From: a virus
Lineage: Duplodnaviria; Caudoviricetes
Direction: 5' to 3' (one strand)
Length of the DNA: 62,218 nucleotides
IMG/VR virus record: IMGVR_UViG_3300031519_004580
Location: 1-62,218 of that record
The notes below the pieces were generated by a model. That model did not search any database, was not told the DNA's origin, and was given only the letters and a program-made list of their open reading frames with translations. The stretch's first letter is position 1. Each line of letters starts with the position of its first letter. Positions 56,063-62,218 of the stretch are shown here, piece by piece. A program made the translations under genes and the position numbers.

Positions 56063-56793
56063 CAAATTCCCATAAAATTTCGACCAATTATAGTATTTAA
56101 TGCTAGTTTGTAGTCTCCAGTATTAGACCTCCAAATAGTTTTAAACACATCATATAACTTTGGATCTAATTCTAAAAATTCTTCCAAAGTTAATGTATCA
56201 AGCCGCAATCCAAGTTCTAAAAATAATTCATCTAAAGTAAACTTTTTTAAATCTTTAAAAAAATCTAAAATGTGTTTATTTTCTATTGCTATTTGAGTAC
56301 GCATACCGTTGTCATCTTTGTACCAAGTATAATGTGGATACGAGATATCCCATCCGCCGCAGACATGCCACCAATCAAAACACTCTTCATTAGTTCTATA
56401 TACTGCTATAAATTTTGCATCAGGAAACATTTCTTTTAATAAAGGAAGATGATATGCAAACCAATGGCTTTTTATTATTTTAACTCCGGGCTCCCAGTTA
56501 GAAAATGCTTTTTTAAATTCAGTAATCACTTGTTCTTTAGACATTAGATCTAACCTATCAAAAGTGTGTCCAAGTTCGTGATCAGGTCCCCAATATGCTC
56601 CTCTGTGCCAACCCCTAGCTACAGGCTTTCCTGTTTTAGGATGTATTGCTATGTGATCGTATAATCGAGCTTCAGTTTCATCACTTCTGTTAATATTAAT
56701 ATTAGAAGTTAATATACGTAATTGACCACTCCATTGGCTTCCTGGCGCACCAGTTGCTATAATTAGATCCTTTCCTGTATAATCAGAATTCAT
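56059..56793 (-). CDS. Sulfotransferase-like P-loop protein
   Basis: IIATGAPGSQWS, HRGAYWGP, IIKSH, FP.AKFIAVYR. Confidence 0.55.
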   Translation of the reverse strand: MNSDYTGKDLIIATGAPGSQWSGQLRILTSNININRSDETEARLYDHIAIHPKTGKPVARGWHRGAYWGPDHELGHTFDRLDLMSKEQVITEFKKAFSNWEPGVKIIKSHWFAYHLPLLKEMFPDAKFIAVYRTNEECFDWWHVCGGWDISYPHYTWYKDDNGMRTQIAIENKHILDFFKDLKKFTLDELFLELGLRLDTLTLEEFLELDPKLYDVFKTIWRSNTGDYKLALNTIIGRNFMGIC

Positions 56794-57592
56794 TTTTTAT
56801 TCCTTTAAGTATAAAATCTGCCATTATTTTATGAGATAACACTCCGGGATGAAACCTATCTCTTGATAAATCTACTGCTACTTTAGTTGATTCAAACGGT
56901 ATTGATATCATGTTATTAAATGTTGGTACCATTGATTGCCACGCTCTTCTTTCACAGTATGCTAATATTAATTTTGCTTTTGGAAATAATCCTTCTAAAA
57001 AATAATCAAACATTTTTAAACAATTAATATCCGACTCAGTAAAATATTTTTTGTAGCCTTCTTCTTTTTCAGGATTTTTTAATTTATAAATTTGACGCAA
57101 AGCATGACCGTATCCTTGTATAAATCTAGTATCGTTTAAAATAACATAGTCAGGATTAAAGTTTTTATATGCAATTAATGGATCAACTAAATCAGTAAGG
57201 CTATCAGCAGCACTTAGATTAATATAAGAAGCATCTAACTTACTAGCAACGATAAATGGAAAACTTTCTTCAACATTAATACCTGTTCCTAAACACAAAC
57301 TGCCGCCGCCAAATATTATTTTTGTATTAGCATTGTAATCAGGTTCAGGGCCTCGAAGTCCTAAGCTATTCCAGCTATACTTAATATCAGTTCTAATTAT
57401 ATCATCTTGTATCAAGTGCGATGTAAAAACATCACGCCCGCAGCCGCCGACGTAAGGTTTAGACTTTTCAATATTATCCTTACCATTCCAAAGATCAATT
57501 GTATTTGGAATATTAAACAAACTTTTTGAACTAGACCAACGGCTAACAGTATCGTCTGTTTGTGTTGTAATTTCTTTCATTAGTTCAGACAT
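56783..57592 (-). CDS. SGNH-hydrolase-like protein
   Basis: NSLGLRG, GGGSLCLGTG, INLS, DRFHPG (DxxH). Confidence 0.6.
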   Translation of the reverse strand: MSELMKEITTQTDDTVSRWSSSKSLFNIPNTIDLWNGKDNIEKSKPYVGGCGRDVFTSHLIQDDIIRTDIKYSWNSLGLRGPEPDYNANTKIIFGGGSLCLGTGINVEESFPFIVASKLDASYINLSAADSLTDLVDPLIAYKNFNPDYVILNDTRFIQGYGHALRQIYKLKNPEKEEGYKKYFTESDINCLKMFDYFLEGLFPKAKLILAYCERRAWQSMVPTFNNMISIPFESTKVAVDLSRDRFHPGVLSHKIMADFILKGIKNEF

Positions 57593-58553
57593 TAATAATA
57601 AGATCCTTTGAACCGTTGTTCATTAACTCTGTAAACTTATCATTTATAAATCCAGTAGCTTGTAATGTAATTCTTGGTGTGTAACCCATATTAGAAGCGG
57701 CATGCGGCATGTTACACCAGTCATACACTAAACACTCCCCTGCATCATATCCTTGATAATAAGTGTTTCCAAATTGCCATACATGGCCGTAATCCCACGG
57801 CGTCAAACTAATTAATATCCTACGAAGCATTAATGGATTTTTATCTGCACCAGAGGATATCCATTTCTCTCTCCATTCTGGTCTTGCGTACCTCATTTGT
57901 TGATCAATATGGAAAGGAGTAACTTCTCCTAGACGCTGTATATGCACTCGAGATTGATGAATGTCGTACATTCCAACTGCTTCAAGCATTCTAAAAAAAA
58001 TAGCTGTATCTGGATGAGTATCTCTCTTTTCGTTATGAGCAATTTGATGATGATACATGCAAGATACATCATCTTTGCCCGATGCACGTTTTATATCCAT
58101 TAGTTCACCATCATGTAAATCTTTGTCTTGCTGACTTAAATTACGTGGTCTATAATTTCCTATTGTGTGTTCTTTACATTTTCTAAGAGCTCTTTGTATT
58201 CCTGGTTCCCAGTCACCTTTAAATTTACACATTACTGTAAAAGTTTTTTCCTGTGGATTAGCTTTTGAATCAAAATGCCAAGTTGATCTTAATTTATTAT
58301 GATACCATCTACTAGGAATACCATCAACTGTATAAACATTCATATTTGATTCTTTATGACGTGCTAGTTGTTCGTCTGAGTACATATCATCTTGATAGTT
58401 GCTATCAGTAATATTAACACCTTCTTCAATTGGTGGCACTGTATCAGGAATTAAATTTTTAACTAAATCTCCTGAATAGTAATTTATATTTTTGTCGTTA
58501 CCTTCAACAGATTTCTTAAGAGTCTTGTTTGCATCATCTGCATAATTTTTCAT
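57585..58553 (-). CDS. Fe(II)/2OG oxygenase-like protein
   Basis: QRLGEVTPFHID, WQFGN, YDWCNMPHAASNMG..PR. Confidence 0.65.
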   Translation of the reverse strand: MKNYADDANKTLKKSVEGNDKNINYYSGDLVKNLIPDTVPPIEEGVNITDSNYQDDMYSDEQLARHKESNMNVYTVDGIPSRWYHNKLRSTWHFDSKANPQEKTFTVMCKFKGDWEPGIQRALRKCKEHTIGNYRPRNLSQQDKDLHDGELMDIKRASGKDDVSCMYHHQIAHNEKRDTHPDTAIFFRMLEAVGMYDIHQSRVHIQRLGEVTPFHIDQQMRYARPEWREKWISSGADKNPLMLRRILISLTPWDYGHVWQFGNTYYQGYDAGECLVYDWCNMPHAASNMGYTPRITLQATGFINDKFTELMNNGSKDLIINV

Positions 58554-58558
58554 TGTTA

Positions 58559-59272
58559 TTACTCCTTAAAATTATAACTAGAGATGTTAACATCATATTT
58601 AAATCGGTAGGTAAATTCGTTTAATTGTCTAGGACTATTTTGTTCAATAGAAGACATATAAAAATCAAACCAGTCAAATTCTTGTTTAGATTCTATTTGC
58701 CAACGTTCTTTCCAGTAGTGCCTATTAATAACATCTATTTTTAAATTATTTTGACCAACAAATTTATTTGCAGCATCTACTTCTTGTTTAATACAAGTTT
58801 TTAAATTGTCATAATTTTTATAATATGTATGGTAATCTGGGTATGTAATTGATTCAAATCCTCCAGCGCCTTTCCATCCTTGGAAGCAATTTCGTTCTGT
58901 ACGAATTACTAATATTATTTTACTTAATGGAAATGTTTCTTTAATATAATCTAATTGTAAACTAAAATGATGACACTTAACTATTCTATACTTGTCCCAT
59001 GTTTTATCTGAATATGCTGCATCAATCTCTGAAACAATTTCTTCTTTTGATAATGAGCTTAATTGATCAAATTTATGACCATGTTCATTACCTGGTCCCC
59101 AATATGCTCCTAGGTGTTGTACCGGAACTGATGTATGTGTATAAACTCTATCATCTCTATAGTCTGAATTATTAATCGGAGTGATCTTATTTTTTGCAAT
59201 TATATTAGATACTGCACTCCATTTACTTCCTGGCGCTCCAGTAAAGAATATTAGTTTACTTTCGTCAAACAT
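58559..59272 (-). CDS. Sulfotransferase-like P-loop protein
   Basis: IFFTGAPGSKWS, HLGAYWGP, IVKCH, FP.SKIILVIR; paralog of 56059..56793. Confidence 0.55.
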   Translation of the reverse strand: MFDESKLIFFTGAPGSKWSAVSNIIAKNKITPINNSDYRDDRVYTHTSVPVQHLGAYWGPGNEHGHKFDQLSSLSKEEIVSEIDAAYSDKTWDKYRIVKCHHFSLQLDYIKETFPLSKIILVIRTERNCFQGWKGAGGFESITYPDYHTYYKNYDNLKTCIKQEVDAANKFVGQNNLKIDVINRHYWKERWQIESKQEFDWFDFYMSSIEQNSPRQLNEFTYRFKYDVNISSYNFKE

Positions 59273-59303
59273 TAACTATTTCCTATTATTGTAATATTAT
59301 TTA

Positions 59304-60041
59304 TTAAGGTTTAAAAAACTCAAAATATAAACGGTCACCGTTATCTTGTTTGAACTTTTCTAATTCAAGATTATGTTTCTTTGCAAGTTCGTATGCAACT
59401 TCAAATGTCCAAGGAAAGATATCAACATATGGGCCTTTTGGCCACAAGTGTCCTGGATTAGCTCTAAAGTACATTCTACCACCTGGCATTAAAATCTCAA
59501 CGAGTTTTGAAAATCTTGTATCAATATCATTCCTATCGCCAAAGTTAAGACTACCAAATACAATAATATGGTCGTAACTCTCTGGCTCTACAGCAAAGTC
59601 TAATATATCAACCATATAGTCTGCACTATTATTAAAAGGGTCAATGCCAATAAGATTGTTTATTCTATTTTTAAACGGATGATATCCGCACCCAAAGTCT
59701 AGTACTGCTTTTGGATTTTGACTGTTAATAAGCTCAACTAAACCCCATCCGCTGTATTGATATTTTTCTGTTGATGGTTGCCAAATTTCTCCAAAGAACC
59801 TATGCATGTATTTTTTATCAAGATCTTTTGTTAAATCAGCAACTGTCATATCAACACTTTCAATATCAAGACTTAACTTAGACGAAACACTAGCTTTAAA
59901 CTTTCTTAACCTAGCAGGTGTCCACGGTAATGATCCAATATAGGTATCAACTGAGATCTTTTCATAAATTTCACTATACTTAGGTAAATTGAAGGAGTTC
60001 TTTAAATTTTCGTCTAATAAACTAAAAATTCTGGTATTCAT
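59304..60041 (-). CDS. Class I SAM methyltransferase with N-terminal ACP-like domain
   Basis: VLDFGCG, LIGIDP, IVFGSLNFG, FRANPG; paralog of 5476..6093. Confidence 0.75.
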   Translation of the reverse strand: MNTRIFSLLDENLKNSFNLPKYSEIYEKISVDTYIGSLPWTPARLRKFKASVSSKLSLDIESVDMTVADLTKDLDKKYMHRFFGEIWQPSTEKYQYSGWGLVELINSQNPKAVLDFGCGYHPFKNRINNLIGIDPFNNSADYMVDILDFAVEPESYDHIIVFGSLNFGDRNDIDTRFSKLVEILMPGGRMYFRANPGHLWPKGPYVDIFPWTFEVAYELAKKHNLELEKFKQDNGDRLYFEFFKP

Positions 60042-60198
60042 AAAATTTTCTCCTTTTTGCTAAATAAAAGTATGGAAGATAAAAAAAAGTTCACTTTTAA
60101 CAATTTTTTTATTCTCTTCATATAATTACTTATGTTAGGATGTAAATTTAAGGTTTAGGTCTGAACATAGAATCATAATAAACAATAGGAGAAAATTT

Positions 60199-61254
60199 AT
60201 GAAAAAACTAATTATTGGGGCGTTTGTAGCTCTAAGTATGACAGCTACAACAGCTATGGCTGATTATACATTAATCGTTCCACAAGCACCCGGTAAAGGT
60301 ACAAGTGTTTGGGGCGAGATTATTGCAAAGAATTTAGAGAAATTTATTGGGGAACCAGTAGTAGTTCGTCACATTCCAGGTGCGAGAGATATTCCTGGAT
60401 TTAATAAATTCCACAACAAACTACGTTTTAACGACAAAACAATTATGGTTGCACACGGTGGTAATGGTGTGTCATACTTGTTAGACGATGTTGATTATAA
60501 CTATTACGATTATGATCTAATTGGTTCTATGAACAATGACATCGTGCTTGGTAAGCAAGCAGGTAAAGACGAAAAGTCCGGTACATGGACTATTGCAGGC
60601 GGATCAGGTTTTGAACCAGATGCTGCGGCAGCGGCAATGTTACTATGTGGCCCACAAGGCAATAACACAGTAGCTGAGTATCTTGCTTGTTGGAGAGAGC
60701 GTGTTGTATGGGTTAACGGTGTTTCAGGCGGTGAAAAGCGTCTTGGATTTAAAAACGGTGAATTTGATATTGCACGTGAAAGTCCAGCAGCTTGGAAGCG
60801 TTTCTACACAGGTATTGAAGGTAACGAACTATGGTTCACACATGGTATCCTAGACTTAGAAAACAATGTACAAATGAACGATCCAAACTTTCCAAATACA
60901 CAGTTTGAAGATGTATATGCAAGTCTATGGGGAGAACAACCAAAAGGCGATTTGTATAATGCATACAAACTTACTCGTAACTGGCGTGATGCAATCCAAA
61001 AGTCACTTTGGATGAACAAAGGTAATCCAAACAGTGCAAAGGTTAAAGCAGCTGTAACTGCGATGATTAACGATCCAGTTGCAAGTGCAGAAATTTATGC
61101 AAAGACAGGCGTTTATCCTTGGATTCAAGATGGTCCAGCATTATTAGCAGCACTGAAATCTTTGATTACAGAAAAAGCTCTTAAAGATGCGGTTACGTGG
61201 AACCAGGAAGCATACGGCTTTCCATCAATTTATAAGCCAGAATTACTCAAGTAA
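60199..61254 (+). CDS. tctC: Tripartite tricarboxylate transporter substrate-binding protein (TctC/Bug-like)
   Basis: Signal peptide ending AMA-D; LIVPQAPGKGT...GEPVVVRHIPGA; directly upstream of tctA. Confidence 0.75.
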   Translation: MKKLIIGAFVALSMTATTAMADYTLIVPQAPGKGTSVWGEIIAKNLEKFIGEPVVVRHIPGARDIPGFNKFHNKLRFNDKTIMVAHGGNGVSYLLDDVDYNYYDYDLIGSMNNDIVLGKQAGKDEKSGTWTIAGGSGFEPDAAAAAMLLCGPQGNNTVAEYLACWRERVVWVNGVSGGEKRLGFKNGEFDIARESPAAWKRFYTGIEGNELWFTHGILDLENNVQMNDPNFPNTQFEDVYASLWGEQPKGDLYNAYKLTRNWRDAIQKSLWMNKGNPNSAKVKAAVTAMINDPVASAEIYAKTGVYPWIQDGPALLAALKSLITEKALKDAVTWNQEAYGFPSIYKPELLK

Positions 61255-61267
61255 GAAGGACTAAACT

Positions 61268-62218
61268 ATGGAATATGTTATCTGGGCACTAATTGGCACC
61301 CTATACGGAATGCTAGTAGGTATTATACCAATTGCTGGTGTAACTACTGCCCTAATAACTGTTTTTAGTATGGGAGCATACTTTATGGCCGACCCCTATT
61401 TGGGGTTGGTCTTTCTGACTGCTATAGTTGCAAGTTGTGCTAGTGCCGATAGTTATACAAGTATCTTAACTGGTATACCCGGTGCAAGCACAACAGCAGC
61501 CTGTGTTATTGATGGTTATCCTATGGCAAAGAAAGGCCAAGCAGCAAGAGCAATGGGAATTGCTATTACCGACTCTACATTTAATGGAGTTATATTTGCA
61601 GCATTAGCTTTCTTCTTACTTCCTTATTATGGAAAGATTATAGTATTATTTGGACGTCCGGAATTTCTGGGCTTTATGACAATGGCTCTAGCCTGTGTAG
61701 GATTTGTAGCTAGTAAGAATGTTTTCTTAAGTATATGTGCAATTATATTTGGATTATGTGTAGGTATGGTTGGCGAAGATGTAGTAAGTAATCCTAGACT
61801 AACATTTGGTTGGGAATATTTACAAAACGGAATTGGCATGGTAGTTTTATTATCAGGACTATTTGGAGTTCCAGAATTATTAGACGGATTTAGACGAGGA
61901 TTAAAATCAGCTGCGCCGCCAATGGAAGGAAACTACTTTGAAGGTTTAAAAGAAGGCTTTGGTGATTGTAGACGACATTGGAAAGATATGGTTCGCGGCG
62001 GACTAATTGGATTTGTTACTGGACTACTACCAGGAGTAGGAGGAGCAGTAGGCGACTTTTTAGCATACGGTGCAACTAAAGCTGCACACAAAGAAAAACA
62101 AGAGATACCATTTGGTGAAGGTAATCCAATTGGACTATTAGGGTGTGAAGGAGCAAATAATGCACAGAAAGTATCTAGTATGATACCTGCTTGTTTGTTT
62201 GGAATACCTGCGGCACCT
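61268..62218 (+). CDS. tctA: Tripartite tricarboxylate transporter large membrane subunit TctA (runs off the window end)
   Basis: GTLYGMLVGIIP, SILTGIPG...IDGYPMAKKG.A.RA, GLLPGVGG, EGANNA...GIP. Confidence 0.9.
   Translation, partial: MEYVIWALIGTLYGMLVGIIPIAGVTTALITVFSMGAYFMADPYLGLVFLTAIVASCASADSYTSILTGIPGASTTAACVIDGYPMAKKGQAARAMGIAITDSTFNGVIFAALAFFLLPYYGKIIVLFGRPEFLGFMTMALACVGFVASKNVFLSICAIIFGLCVGMVGEDVVSNPRLTFGWEYLQNGIGMVVLLSGLFGVPELLDGFRRGLKSAAPPMEGNYFEGLKEGFGDCRRHWKDMVRGGLIGFVTGLLPGVGGAVGDFLAYGATKAAHKEKQEIPFGEGNPIGLLGCEGANNAQKVSSMIPACLFGIPAAP

Noticed and set aside
1474-61839. Numerous short antisense or alternative-frame ORFs in the track (e.g. 1474..1764, 18319..18813, 25671..26045, 42902..43390, 61627..61839)
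   Set aside because: They overlap well-supported genes and show no RBS or recognisable motifs
1-62218. Stop-codon reassignment as seen in some large phages
   Set aside because: Recognisable genes are full length in the standard code, and TAA, TAG and TGA all end genes at expected positions
1-62218. Bacterial chromosome, prophage or eukaryotic giant virus origin
   Set aside because: Host-like genes (metK, iscU, clpA, tctA) are interleaved with PolB, clamp loader, endolysin/spanins and T4-like late motifs; there is no integrase and no NCLDV core gene

Overview
This window is a gene-dense, AT-rich segment of a large lytic dsDNA tailed-phage genome with T4-like/jumbo organisation and the standard genetic code. 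The host is probably a Gram-negative alphaproteobacterium, judged from the spanin pair and the FdxA-type ferredoxin. In order it contains: (1) nucleotide metabolism and replication genes (MazG-like, DEDD exonuclease, clamp loader, thyX, DNA amino-methyltransferase, dCMP deaminase, phoH); (2) a lysis cassette (GH19 endolysin, i- and o-spanin, holin candidates) with iscU, a DnaJ-type chaperone and clpA; (3) an array of probable protease-processed internal virion proteins, two with annexin-like repeats; (4) a PolB-to-sliding-clamp block interrupted by sugar-nucleotide genes and metK, leading into a 7-deazaguanine DNA-modification locus (dpdA, dpdL/QueD-like, glycosyltransferase, PRTase, HIT, folE, queE; no queC in the window); (5) an RNase H/5'-3' exonuclease and a MoxR-VWA pair; (6) a tail-fibre-like gene inside an island of tailoring enzymes (oxygenases, sulfotransferase-like P-loop proteins, SGNH, GNAT, minimal adenylation enzyme, methyltransferase) divergent from a TctC/TctA transporter. 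Near-consensus sigma70 promoters and T4-late-like TAAATA motifs are visible, and several appear leaderless. I saw no tRNA, rRNA, CRISPR array, integrase or transposase. All calls come from recognising motifs by eye, with no database searches.
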